The notes under the pieces are model-generated. The model did not search any database. It was not told the DNA's origin and saw nothing but the letters and a program-made list of their open reading frames with translations. From IMG/VR virus record IMGVR_UViG_2693429713_000015: a stretch of DNA of 34,819 bases. One strand, written 5' to 3'. The translations under genes were made by a program, and so were the position numbers. The stretch is from a virus (taxonomy: Duplodnaviria > Heunggongvirae > Uroviricota > Caudoviricetes). Shown piece by piece: positions 17,449-26,829 of the stretch (position 1 is the first letter of the stretch; the number at the start of each line of letters is the position of its first letter).

Positions 17449-18944
17449 TGGCGAGGGGTATCTGGGTTTCACCCGATGAATTTGTTGCTTTTTCTGAGCC
17501 TCAGAAATCACTGACCGCGCAGATTGCCTCCCGCAGCCGCGCGATCGACTTTTACGGACTGGGCATGTATCTGCCCAATCCTGATCCCATTCTCAAGGCT
17601 CAGGGACGGGATATCCGTATCTACCGCGAACTGCGCACCGACCCGCTGGTCGGGGGCTGTATCCGCAGACGTAAAGCAGCGCTTAAATCGCTGGAGCGTG
17701 GACTGGAGCGTGGTCACGCCTCTGCCCGGGTCTTCCGTTTCATCCGCGACATGCTCGACGATCTGGATCTGTCCCGCATCATCGGTGAAATGAGCGATGC
17801 CGTGCTCTACGGGTATCAGCCCTGTGAAATCATGTGGGGCCGTTCGGTCAGGTCGTGGGCGGTGACGGATATTGTCGGCAAACCGCCTGAGTGGTTTCAG
17901 TTTGATACGGACAACTGCCTGCGCTTCCGGGCGCGTGATGCGGGTGTGGAGGGTGAGCTGCTGTCACCGTCAAAATTCGTGGTGCCGGCACAGGATGCCT
18001 CGTATGACAATCCTTACGGTTTCCCGGACCTGTCCATGTGCTTCTGGCCGGTCGCCTTCAAGAAAGGCGGGATGAAATTCTGGCTCCGCTTTGCCGAAAA
18101 GTTTGGCTCCCCGTGGGTGATCGGTAAGCACCCGAGGGGTGCAAATGATGCAGAGATTGAAAAACTGCTGGACTCCATGGAGCAGATGGTGGAGGACGCG
18201 GTGGCCGCCATCCCCGATGACAGCAGCATCGAACTCAAAGCCGCGGATGGTAAGGCGGACAGCAGCGAGGTATTCCGCGAGCTGATCACACTGTCACGCA
18301 GTGAGATCTCCATTGCATTACTCGGTCAGAATCAGACCACGGAAGCGAACAGTAACAAGGCCTCTGCACAGGCCGGGCTGGAGGTAACGGCTGATATCCG
18401 CGATGCGGATGCGGACATCATTCAGGCGGCAGTGAATCAGGTCATCAGAACGGTGGTCACCCTGAACTTCGGCGATGTGCCGTGTCCGGTCTGGGCCATG
18501 TGGGAACAGGAGGCCATTGATGACACCCGTGCCACCCGCGACGAAAAACTCACCCGGGCGGGTCTGCGTCTGACCCCGCAGTACTTCAAGCGTGAGTACC
18601 AACTGCAGGACGGCGATATTGACGAGACACCACCGTCGGAACGACAGAATAACATGCTGCCGCTGTCATTTGCCGAGGCGATTGATGCTGATATTCAGGC
18701 TCAGCAGCAGCTTGACGACGCGCTGGACATTCTGATGAACGGAGGCGCGTTAAATGGCACGCTGGAACCCGTCCTGGCACCTCTGTTCAGGCGGGTCGAA
18801 AATGGGGTTAACCCGTCTGAGCTGCTGGGCGAACTGGCGGAGCTCTACCCTCAGATGAACACGGACGATCTGCAGGAGCGGCTGGCCCGCATTCTCTTTG
18901 TGACAAATATCCGGGGGCGTCTGCATGAGCGTGACAACGGCTGA
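17448..18944 (+). CDS. Portal protein (Mu gp29 / DUF935-like)
   Basis: 498 aa, directly after TerL; Mu-like portal pattern (from memory). Confidence 0.8.
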   Translation: MARGIWVSPDEFVAFSEPQKSLTAQIASRSRAIDFYGLGMYLPNPDPILKAQGRDIRIYRELRTDPLVGGCIRRRKAALKSLERGLERGHASARVFRFIRDMLDDLDLSRIIGEMSDAVLYGYQPCEIMWGRSVRSWAVTDIVGKPPEWFQFDTDNCLRFRARDAGVEGELLSPSKFVVPAQDASYDNPYGFPDLSMCFWPVAFKKGGMKFWLRFAEKFGSPWVIGKHPRGANDAEIEKLLDSMEQMVEDAVAAIPDDSSIELKAADGKADSSEVFRELITLSRSEISIALLGQNQTTEANSNKASAQAGLEVTADIRDADADIIQAAVNQVIRTVVTLNFGDVPCPVWAMWEQEAIDDTRATRDEKLTRAGLRLTPQYFKREYQLQDGDIDETPPSERQNNMLPLSFAEAIDADIQAQQQLDDALDILMNGGALNGTLEPVLAPLFRRVENGVNPSELLGELAELYPQMNTDDLQERLARILFVTNIRGRLHERDNG

Positions 18945-19746
18945 ACTGGCGTACTGCATGACGCTTCCCCCGAAGCGGGCAATCAACTACCTGAAGTCCA
19001 AAGGGTATCAGATTACCTGGGACTGGGAAGAAATGTGGCAGGAGGCCCATGCCCGCGCCTTTACCGTTGCTAAAGTGACCCGCCTGGATATCCTGGAAGA
19101 TATTCGCGGGGCACTGCAGCAGGCTGTCGATGAAGGAAAAACCGATCGCTGGTTCCGGCAGGAGCTGGAGCCGGTGCTGAAGCGTAAGGGATGGTGGGGA
19201 CCACGTGACACGACTGACCCGGTAACGGGTGAGCCAGTCACCATTCAGCAGGGCAGTCCGTGGCGGCTCGATACCATCTTTCGCACCAATATGTCCGTAC
19301 TCTACAGCGCCGGTCGTTGGGCGGAACAGATGGAAAACGTCGACGACAGGCCGTACTGGATGTATACCGGCATCAACGACAGCCATACCCGCAGGAGCCA
19401 TCTGGCGCTGCATGGTCTGGTGCTGCGCTGGGATGACCCGTTCTGGCAGGCATTTTACCCGCCGAACGGCTGGCGCTGCCGCTGTAGTGTGATTGCCCTG
19501 AGTGCGGCGGATGTACGTGCCCGTGGCCTGAAGGTTATCAGCTCCGGCTCTGCCATGGGCCAGGAACTGAAACTGGTCTCAGAGAAAACCGGCGAAATGC
19601 GGAACGTGGCCACCTTTAATACCGGCACCACGAAGGTGATCACCGACGTCGGCTGGTCTTATGCACCGGGGGCAGCATACCGTCCCGACCTGGCCCGCTA
19701 TCAGGGTACGCTTCAGCCACTGGCACAACAGGAACTGAGAGGATAA
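18925..19746 (+). CDS. Mu F-like head morphogenesis protein
   Basis: 273 aa; HTRRSHLALHGLVLRWDDPFWQAFYPPNGWRCRCSV motif typical of the Mu F family. Confidence 0.8.
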   Translation: MSVTTAELAYCMTLPPKRAINYLKSKGYQITWDWEEMWQEAHARAFTVAKVTRLDILEDIRGALQQAVDEGKTDRWFRQELEPVLKRKGWWGPRDTTDPVTGEPVTIQQGSPWRLDTIFRTNMSVLYSAGRWAEQMENVDDRPYWMYTGINDSHTRRSHLALHGLVLRWDDPFWQAFYPPNGWRCRCSVIALSAADVRARGLKVISSGSAMGQELKLVSEKTGEMRNVATFNTGTTKVITDVGWSYAPGAAYRPDLARYQGTLQPLAQQELRG

Positions 19747-19748
19747 CA

Positions 19749-20207
19749 ATGGCTTCCGATAACCTGGTCAGTATCACCATTAACGATAAATCCCTGCGCC
19801 GGAGCCTCCGTGCGCTGGATCTTGCTGCCACAGACCTGGAGCCCGCGATGCGCAAAATTGCCGGAACCCTGCTGGCGGAAACACAGTTTAACTTTCTTGA
19901 TGAGGGGCGTCCGGGGTGGATGCCCTCGCTGGCAGCGGAAGAGCGTGACGGGCAGACACTGCAGGATACCGGGCGTCTGATGGGGTCAGTATCAACCGAC
20001 CATGACGACCGGCAGGCTGTTGTGGGGACCAACGTTGTTTACGGTGCCATTCACCAGTTCGGGGGTAAAACGGGGCGTAATGAGTCTGTTGAACTTCCGG
20101 CCCGCCCGTTCCTGCCGGTGACGGGGGATGGAGAACTACAGCCTGAAGTGGTAATCCCCATCCTCGATACCATTGTCCGCCATCTTGAATCAGCGGCCCG
20201 TCGCTGA
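19749..20207 (+). CDS. Virion morphogenesis protein (Mu G-like)
   Basis: 152 aa following the F-like gene; GAIHQFGG...ELPARPFLPV pattern. Confidence 0.6.
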   Translation: MASDNLVSITINDKSLRRSLRALDLAATDLEPAMRKIAGTLLAETQFNFLDEGRPGWMPSLAAEERDGQTLQDTGRLMGSVSTDHDDRQAVVGTNVVYGAIHQFGGKTGRNESVELPARPFLPVTGDGELQPEVVIPILDTIVRHLESAARR

Positions 20208-20253
20208 GTTTTCTCTCTTCAGGCGGGTGATTTATCATTGCCAGCGAATGAGG

Positions 20254-20297
20254 GGCTGTATTACCTTTATAAAGGCTTTACAGCCTCTGTTTTATAA
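20254..20297 (+). terminator. Terminator-like hairpin in the G-I intergenic region
   Basis: ggctgta (20254-20260) / tacagcc (20279-20285), with an internal 12-bp palindrome cctttataaagg, followed by TCTGTTTTAT. Confidence 0.35.
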
Positions 20298-20421
20298 CCG
20301 CCTCCGGTTCACCGTATTGCTTTCCCTGTCCTTCTCCCCTGATGTTTTCTAAAGCAGATTAAAATCGCCGGGCCTGCATTTCTCACAAACTGTCTCCGAC
20401 AACATAACGCGGGACAGCAAA

Positions 20422-21537
20422 ATGTCAGCCATTCACATTTTTAAAGCCGGTACTCATACCGATATGCACGGCAAAAAACTGCCGTTCACGCCAGACGATC
20501 TTGCCGCCTGCGTGAAAGCCTATGACCCGTCCGTCCATGAAGCACCACTCGTGATTGGTCATCCCAGAACGGAAGACCCGGCGTGGGGCTGGGTGAAAGC
20601 CCTGTCGCTCAGCGGCGTCGATCTGATGGCAGAGCCTGCCCAGCTGGACCCGCAGTTTGCTGAGATGGTCACCGACGGACGATTCAAAAAAGTGTCCGCC
20701 TCTTTCTACCTCCCGGATTCACCGTCCAATCCGAAGCCCGGCGTGCTCTACCTGCGCCATGTGGGCTTTCTCGGGGCACAGCCACCTTCCGTCAAGGGGC
20801 TGAAACAGGTGTCCTTCAGTGAGCAGGAAGAAGGTGTGGTGGAGTTCGCCGACTGGCAGGCCATCACGAATGCCTCCCTGTGGGGAAAGCTGCGCGATTT
20901 TCTGATCGCCCGCTTCAGTCTGGACGAAGCAGAAAAAGTCCTGCCGGAATGGCAGCTCAACAATCTGCGCGAAGAGGCGTACCGCGACACACCGTCGCAG
21001 GATGCAGCAGGTGCGCAATTCAGTGAGACAGGCCAGGTGCCGTCTTCCGCAAGTAACGAGGAATCATCGATGACAAAAGAAGAGATTGAAGCCCTTCAGG
21101 AGGAGAACCGCCGCCTGAAGCAGCAGGCTGCTGATCGCGATGCGCGTGATGCACAGGTCAGACAGGAGCAACTGCATAAGGACAATGTGGCCTTTGCAGA
21201 AAAACTGGTCGCAGAGGGCCGTCTGGCTCCCCGCGCCTCCTCCGTGGTGGTTGCCCTGCTGGATGCCGTCGCCGGTGGCGACAAGCCGGTGGAGTTTGCT
21301 GAGGGGGAAAGCCGCACACCGCTGGCCACCGCCTTTCGTTCATTGCTCTCCGACGGGGAGCCGGTGATGAATTTCGCCGAACAGGCCACAAAAGAGCGTG
21401 TCGGCGACACGGTGAAGGTGGATGTGGCAGAGTTTGCGGAAGCCGATCCTGAGCGTCTGGCCCTGCATCAGAAAGCAGTGGCCCTGTCCAAAAAAGAAGG
21501 CATCAGCTATGAGGCTGCTGTCGCACGCTGCCTGTAA
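20422..21537 (+). CDS. Head protease/scaffold (Mu I-like)
   Basis: 371 aa; N-terminal domain plus Glu/Ala-rich coiled-coil C-terminal half; immediately upstream of the major capsid gene. Confidence 0.75.
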   Translation: MSAIHIFKAGTHTDMHGKKLPFTPDDLAACVKAYDPSVHEAPLVIGHPRTEDPAWGWVKALSLSGVDLMAEPAQLDPQFAEMVTDGRFKKVSASFYLPDSPSNPKPGVLYLRHVGFLGAQPPSVKGLKQVSFSEQEEGVVEFADWQAITNASLWGKLRDFLIARFSLDEAEKVLPEWQLNNLREEAYRDTPSQDAAGAQFSETGQVPSSASNEESSMTKEEIEALQEENRRLKQQAADRDARDAQVRQEQLHKDNVAFAEKLVAEGRLAPRASSVVVALLDAVAGGDKPVEFAEGESRTPLATAFRSLLSDGEPVMNFAEQATKERVGDTVKVDVAEFAEADPERLALHQKAVALSKKEGISYEAAVARCL

Positions 21538-21551
21538 TTTAAGGAGAGAGC

Positions 21552-22505
21552 ATGTCTGATTACTTAAAAGGTAAACGTGTCGTTGATCCGGTACTGACCA
21601 GTATCGCCCGTGGCTATAAAAATGCCGCATTCATCGGCGAACGTATTTTCCCCGTCGTGCTGACGGACAAGGAAGGCGTGCGTGTACCGACCTTCGGGAA
21701 AACCGCCTTTGTGGAATATGACACCGAGCGTGCCGTCGGGGCGGACAGCAATGTTCTGGTTCGTGAAAAAACAGGCACGCTGGACCTGGTGCTGGGTGAA
21801 CACGATCTGGCTGCGCCGGTGGACTATCGCGAGCAGGCGGAGTCCATGTTTAACGAAGAGAGCAAGGCCATCCGTCGCGCCACGAATGGCGTGAACCTGC
21901 GCCGTGAACTTATCGCTGCCCGTCTGGCTCAGGATGAAAAGGTCTACCGTACCGGGCACGTCAAAAAACTGACAGCCAGTGATCGCTGGGTCGGTGGTAA
22001 GGGGGACCCCATCGGGGTGATTGAAGCCGGTATGGAAGCGGTCCGTACGGCCACGGGGCTGCGTCCTAACCTGATGACCATGGGGGCCGGCGTGATGGCG
22101 CTGCTGAAGTTCCACCCGGCGATTCAGGCCGCCATCGGAGCCAACGAACGCAAGCGCATCACCACAGAAATCCTGCAGGACCTCTTTCAGATCGAAGAGA
22201 TCGTCATCGGTGCCCCAGTCTCCCTGCCGTCCATGAAAGCGGCAATGGATAAGAACAGCGTGCCGGCGGATATCTGGGGAGACAATCTGATGCTGCACTA
22301 TGTCGGCAAACCGCAGCCGGGGGCGGACAGCGCGGACGAGAACGAGCCGTCCTTCGGCTACACCCTGCGTCGTAAGGGGATGCCTGTTGCCGACAAATAC
22401 GACGGAGCCGGTGGCAAGGTGAAGTACTGCCGTTATACCGATATCTACAAAGTCGCCGTGGTTGGTGGCGATGCCGGGTATCTCATTACCGGTATCAGTA
22501 AATAA
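21552..22505 (+). CDS. Major capsid protein (Mu T-like)
   Basis: 317 aa; AAGGAGAG RBS; position after protease/scaffold. Confidence 0.75.
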   Translation: MSDYLKGKRVVDPVLTSIARGYKNAAFIGERIFPVVLTDKEGVRVPTFGKTAFVEYDTERAVGADSNVLVREKTGTLDLVLGEHDLAAPVDYREQAESMFNEESKAIRRATNGVNLRRELIAARLAQDEKVYRTGHVKKLTASDRWVGGKGDPIGVIEAGMEAVRTATGLRPNLMTMGAGVMALLKFHPAIQAAIGANERKRITTEILQDLFQIEEIVIGAPVSLPSMKAAMDKNSVPADIWGDNLMLHYVGKPQPGADSADENEPSFGYTLRRKGMPVADKYDGAGGKVKYCRYTDIYKVAVVGGDAGYLITGISK

Positions 22506-22514
22506 GGAGGCGTT

Positions 22515-22853
22515 ATGGGAACCACTCAGCAGGTCATTCTGATCACAACCGTAACGGCAGGGGCAGCACTGGCACAGCAGCGTTTTGTCGGGGCAGATAA
22601 TACCCCCTGTAAAGCCGGTGCCGCAGCGCTCGGGGTTGCCGAAGTGGATGCTGTTACCGGCGACAGCACGCCGGTGAGCGTTCTGGGCATTATTGCTGTC
22701 GAGGCCGGGGCCGCTGTCAGCCGTGGTGTGGCTGTTCAGTCAGATGCTCAGGCCAGAGCCGTGCCGCAGTCCGGCGACGGTAAATCCTGTGGTATTGCAC
22801 TTGATGAAGCCGGGGGTGAAGGCGACGTCATTCGTATCCTGCGCGGGGTGTGA
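22515..22853 (+). CDS. Small Gly/Ala/Val-rich head-associated protein (DUF2190-like)
   Basis: 112 aa; composition and position after the capsid gene. Confidence 0.5.
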   Translation: MGTTQQVILITTVTAGAALAQQRFVGADNTPCKAGAAALGVAEVDAVTGDSTPVSVLGIIAVEAGAAVSRGVAVQSDAQARAVPQSGDGKSCGIALDEAGGEGDVIRILRGV

Positions 22854-22854
22854 C

Positions 22855-23301
22855 ATGTACTGCACCCTGGAGGATTTGCTTGCGCAGGTGCCGGAGCGGA
22901 CGCTTATCGAGCTCACCAGTGAAGAGATGGACTTCGACTCGCCTGCAACAGTGAATACCCGTGTGGTGGACAGCTGTATCCGCTATGCCGACGAGCTGAT
23001 TGATGCCCATCTGCGCGGACGCTATATCCTGCCACTGGCAGAGATACCGACTGTTCTGCGGGACATTGCCATCACGCTGGTCCGTTACCGGCTCTACGCC
23101 CGCCGCCCGGAAGGTGACCTCCCGGATACGGTGAAGGATGACCACAAAGAAGCGCTGCGGCAACTCAGGGAGTTACGTGATAACAGGCTCACGCTGGGGC
23201 TGCCGTCCACTCAGAAAGATGTGCCTGAGCCTGGCGAGTTTCGTGTACGCAGTCGCCCGGCCACTTTCGGCGGTCGTGACGGTTTACTGGAGAAATACTG
23301 A
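22855..23301 (+). CDS. Head-tail connector-region protein (Mu gp36 / DUF1320-like)
   Basis: ATG at 22855 just after the upstream stop; the longer ORF-track form overlaps the previous gene. Confidence 0.5.
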   Translation: MYCTLEDLLAQVPERTLIELTSEEMDFDSPATVNTRVVDSCIRYADELIDAHLRGRYILPLAEIPTVLRDIAITLVRYRLYARRPEGDLPDTVKDDHKEALRQLRELRDNRLTLGLPSTQKDVPEPGEFRVRSRPATFGGRDGLLEKY

Positions 23302-23765
23302 TGAACGTTCTGCCCGTCCTTGATGCGGTACTGGCCCGGTTACGCGAGAAGCTGCCGCAACTGCAGGTGGAGTACTTCCCGGAGAAACCGGCTGAATATC
23401 GCCTGAACCATCCGGTTGGCGCGTTGCTGCTGAGCTATGCCGGTTCGCGCTTTGACAGGCCGGATGATACCGGTGCGGTGATCCAGTCTCAGACTATCCA
23501 GCTCTGCGTCACGGTGGTCTTCCGCCAGCTCAACGGTAAAAAAGGGGCGATTAATGTCCTGGATGCTGTCCGCCGCATTCTCGGTGGCCACACCCCGCCC
23601 GGCTGCCGCCGCCGTATCTGGCTGACCCGCGAGGTGTTTATCGGTGAAGTCAGGGGGCTGTGGCAATACGCCCTCGACTTCGCGACTGAAAGCATCTTTA
23701 TCGAAGACAGCGATTTACCGTCCGGCCCGCTGTTAACCGAAGTGAACTATGAGGAAAGCGAGTGA
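23301..23765 (+). CDS. Head-tail joining protein (Mu gp37-like)
   Basis: 154 aa; ATGA overlap with the preceding gene; position. Confidence 0.5.
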   Translation: MNVLPVLDAVLARLREKLPQLQVEYFPEKPAEYRLNHPVGALLLSYAGSRFDRPDDTGAVIQSQTIQLCVTVVFRQLNGKKGAINVLDAVRRILGGHTPPGCRRRIWLTREVFIGEVRGLWQYALDFATESIFIEDSDLPSGPLLTEVNYEESE

Positions 23766-24016
23766 TGAAAGCATACCGCTATTCCGGCCCGGCCAGCGGC
23801 GTCACGCTGTCGGACGGAACCGAAATCCTGCTCTGGCCGGGGAAGGCGGTTTCCCTGCCGGAGGAGCATGACTACGTGAAGGTACTGGTGGCGCTGAAGC
23901 ATCTGACGCCGGTACCAGAAGATACTAAACCCGCCGTCACACCGGCTGTGCAGTCACCAAAGCGCAGAAGCAGCAGTGACAGCGAAGTGAAAACGGAGGA
24001 CGCCCATGGCAGCTAA
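23762..24016 (+). CDS. Small hypothetical protein preceding the sheath gene
   Basis: 84 aa; coupled by overlap on both sides. Confidence 0.4.
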   Translation: MMKAYRYSGPASGVTLSDGTEILLWPGKAVSLPEEHDYVKVLVALKHLTPVPEDTKPAVTPAVQSPKRRSSSDSEVKTEDAHGS

Positions 24017-25433
24017 CTATCTGCATGGTCCCGAAACCATTGAGGTGGAAAACGGAGCCCGCCCGGTTAAAACGGTGAAATCTGCCGTTATTGGCCTGAT
24101 TGGTACCGCCCCGATGGGGGATGTCAATACGCTGGTACAGTGCCTGTCTGAGAAAGACGCAGCGGCATTTGGCAGCCAGTTCACCGGCTTTACCATTCCG
24201 CAGGCGCTGGATGCGATTTATGACCATGGTGCAGGCACCGTTCTGGTCATTAACGTCCTCGACCCGGCGAAACATAAAACGGCGATCGAGGATGAGGTGG
24301 TTACCTTTGACAAATCGACAGGGCAGGCCAGACTGGCGCATCCGGTTGTCGCTAATGTGGTGGTGAAAAACAGTGAAGGCAGCACCACCCACACGGCGAA
24401 CACGGACTACCGTGTTGATGCGCAGGCGGGTGTGCTCACGAACCTGGGCAAGGCTATTGAGGCCGGTGGCAGCGTGAAGGTGAGCTATGAGTACGCGGAC
24501 CCGTCGAAGGTGACTGCGGCGGACATCATCGGCGGGGTGAACAGCGCCGGAAACCGAACCGGCATGAAGCTGCTTAACGACAGCTTCAACCTGTACGGCT
24601 ATTTCGCCAAAATTCTGATTGCGCCGGTGTTCTGCACCCAGAAGAGTGTCGCAGTTGAGCTTATCGCCATGGCAGAGAAGCTGGGCGCGGTAACCTACAT
24701 TGATGCGCCTGTCGGTACCACCTTTGCACAGGCTCTGGCAGGTCGTGGCCCGGAAGGCACCATCAACTTCAATACCAGCTCCGACCGCGTCCGTCTGTGC
24801 TATCCGCATGTGAAGGTATATGACCCGGTGACAAACACAGAGCGTCTGGAGCCGCTCAGCCAGCGTGCAGCAGGTCTGCGTGCCAGAGTCGATCTGGACA
24901 AGGGCTACTGGTGGTCATCCTCCAATCAGGAGATTCTGGGGATCACCGGCGTGGAGCGCCAGCTGTCCGCGATGATTGATGACCCGCAGAGTGAGGTAAA
25001 CCTGCTTAACGAACAGGGGATCACCACGGTATTCAGCAGTTACGGCAGCGGCCTTCGTCTGTGGGGTAACCGGACGGCAGCATGGCCAACGGTCACCCAT
25101 ATGCGTAACTTTGAGAACGTTCGCCGCACCGGTGATGTGATCAACGAGTCCATTCGTTATTTCAGCCAGCAGTACATCGACATGCCGATTACTCAGGCGC
25201 TGATTGATGCACTGACGGAGTCGGTCAACGCCTACGGTCGCAAAATGACTGGTGATGGTGCGGTACTGGGCTTCCGTTGCTGGTTTGATCCGGCCCGCAA
25301 TCCGGAGACGGAGCTGGCCGCCGGGCACCTGTTGCTGAGCTACAAATATACGCCACCACCGCCGCTGGAGCGACTGACGTTTGAGACTGAGATCACCTCG
25401 GAATACCTGTTAACCCTGAAAGGGGGCAACTGA
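24006..25433 (+). CDS. Contractile tail sheath protein
   Basis: 475 aa; N-terminus MAANYLHGPETIEV...; followed directly by the tube gene. Confidence 0.85.
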   Translation: MAANYLHGPETIEVENGARPVKTVKSAVIGLIGTAPMGDVNTLVQCLSEKDAAAFGSQFTGFTIPQALDAIYDHGAGTVLVINVLDPAKHKTAIEDEVVTFDKSTGQARLAHPVVANVVVKNSEGSTTHTANTDYRVDAQAGVLTNLGKAIEAGGSVKVSYEYADPSKVTAADIIGGVNSAGNRTGMKLLNDSFNLYGYFAKILIAPVFCTQKSVAVELIAMAEKLGAVTYIDAPVGTTFAQALAGRGPEGTINFNTSSDRVRLCYPHVKVYDPVTNTERLEPLSQRAAGLRARVDLDKGYWWSSSNQEILGITGVERQLSAMIDDPQSEVNLLNEQGITTVFSSYGSGLRLWGNRTAAWPTVTHMRNFENVRRTGDVINESIRYFSQQYIDMPITQALIDALTESVNAYGRKMTGDGAVLGFRCWFDPARNPETELAAGHLLLSYKYTPPPPLERLTFETEITSEYLLTLKGGN

Positions 25434-25954
25434 TGTCAAAGATTGAGATAAACCGCATCACGAATGCCAACATCTATCTGGATGGTACTAACCTGCTGGG
25501 ACGGGCTGAGGAAGTTAAACTCCCCGATGTCTCCATGATTATGCAGGAACACAAGGCGCTGGGGATGGTGGGTAAGGTGGAACTCCCGGCTGGTTTTGAC
25601 AAACTGGAAGGCGAAATCAAATGGAACAGCTTTTACCGCGATGCGATGCTGTCTGCCGCTAACCCGTACAGGTCGCTGGCACTGCAGTGTCGTTCCAGCG
25701 TCCAGCGCTACAGCTCGCAGGGGCTGATTGACGAAATCCCGCTGGTCACCTTCCTGACGATTATGTTCAAGAAGAACCCTCTGGGGACGTTCAAACAGCA
25801 CGAGAACGCCGAGTTCTCCAGTAGCTTCACCTGCACGTATATCAGACAGGTACTGGATGGTGAAGAGCTGCTGCAACTGGACTATCTGGCCAACATCTTC
25901 CGGGTCGGCGGTGTTGATCAACTGACTGACTACCGTATCAATATCGGGGGCTGA
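25433..25954 (+). CDS. Tail tube protein
   Basis: 173 aa immediately after the sheath (ATGA overlap). Confidence 0.8.
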   Translation: MSKIEINRITNANIYLDGTNLLGRAEEVKLPDVSMIMQEHKALGMVGKVELPAGFDKLEGEIKWNSFYRDAMLSAANPYRSLALQCRSSVQRYSSQGLIDEIPLVTFLTIMFKKNPLGTFKQHENAEFSSSFTCTYIRQVLDGEELLQLDYLANIFRVGGVDQLTDYRINIGG

Positions 25955-25990
25955 CGATGAGTGTTGAACTGACGGATAAAGGAAGACGAT

Positions 25991-26239
25991 GTGCGGCACT
26001 GGGCATGTCAAATGGTACGTGGTTTACCCTCCTTGATATTCCGGGGGGTGGAAACCCTTTTTAATACCCGTAAAACCAATGACCCGATTGACTGCACACG
26101 TTCAAAGGCCCGCAAACTGGCGGATTTGATTGAAGCATGGGAGCCTCCCGACCACTGGTTCTCCGGCACCGGCAAATCTGAGGGAAAGACGCTTCTCATC
26201 GCTTTCCTGCGTAACTGCAAGGGGTTTCGCACTTGCTGA
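25991..26239 (+). CDS. Small GTG-initiated ORF (82 aa), doubtful
   Basis: GTG at 25991 with AGGAAG 5 nt upstream; lies in a 380-bp gap between the tube and chaperone genes. Confidence 0.3.
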   Translation: MRHWACQMVRGLPSLIFRGVETLFNTRKTNDPIDCTRSKARKLADLIEAWEPPDHWFSGTGKSEGKTLLIAFLRNCKGFRTC

Positions 26240-26336
26240 CATCACAGGGGCTCCGGCCCCTTCTTCTTAATCTCCTTTAATATCCGTCACGCGCTTCTCC
26301 CGACATACTGCCCTGAACTTACACAGGAGCACAATC

Positions 26337-26609
26337 ATGTCACAGACCCCATCCGATACTTTTAAATTGTCTTATCCCTTCACCACTGCTGCAGGCACCA
26401 GAATTGAGCAGGTTGAACTGAAACGCCTGACGGTAAAAGACCTGAAGCAGGTGCGCAAAATCAGCAAAAACCCGGCAGACTGGGACGAACCGCTGATTGC
26501 CCGCAGTACTGGTCTTCTCCCGGAAGATCTCGACAATATGGATCTGGCTGATTACCTGCAGTTACAGAAACGATTTCAGCTCATCACGGGGATGGGTGAG
26601 AGCAACTAG
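26337..26609 (+). CDS. Tail assembly chaperone (P2 gpE-like)
   Basis: 90 aa; ACAGGAG RBS; sits just upstream of the tape measure gene with an overlapping extension frame. Confidence 0.65.
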   Translation: MSQTPSDTFKLSYPFTTAAGTRIEQVELKRLTVKDLKQVRKISKNPADWDEPLIARSTGLLPEDLDNMDLADYLQLQKRFQLITGMGESN

Positions 26610-26754
26610 GGCGCTGACGCAGGCGCAGGGGCTGCTGGCGAGATGGTTCCGGTTTCAGCCGGGGGAGATTGATGCCCTCGATACTGACGATCTGGAGATG
26701 TGGCTGGAGCAGGCTGAAGAGCAAATAAAAAGCGAGTACGGCGACAAATCATAG
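26497..26754 (+). CDS. Frameshift extension of the tail chaperone (E'-like), +1 frame
   Basis: Frame open across the end of the chaperone gene and continuing 145 nt past its stop, with no credible start of its own in the meaningful part; encodes an acidic tail (...EIDALDTDDLEMWLEQAEEQIKSEYGDKS). Confidence 0.45.
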   Translation: MPAVLVFSRKISTIWIWLITCSYRNDFSSSRGWVRATRALTQAQGLLARWFRFQPGEIDALDTDDLEMWLEQAEEQIKSEYGDKS

Positions 26755-26829
26755 TACAGACAGCCGCCAGTAGCGGCTGTTCTGCGTTATCCCCTCACGT
26801 CTTTTCACCTTCCCCGGAGGTTAACCACT

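Noticed and set aside
21564-22298. 244-aa minus-strand ORF
   Set aside because: Antisense to the major capsid gene; no RBS.
23937-24809. 290-aa minus-strand ORF
   Set aside because: Antisense to the tail sheath gene.
26497-26754. Treating the second tail-chaperone frame as an independent gene starting at ATG 26497
   Set aside because: The first 30 codons overlap the chaperone gene and read as frame noise; only the part downstream of the chaperone stop looks protein-like and it has no start of its own, so a frameshift fusion is the better explanation.
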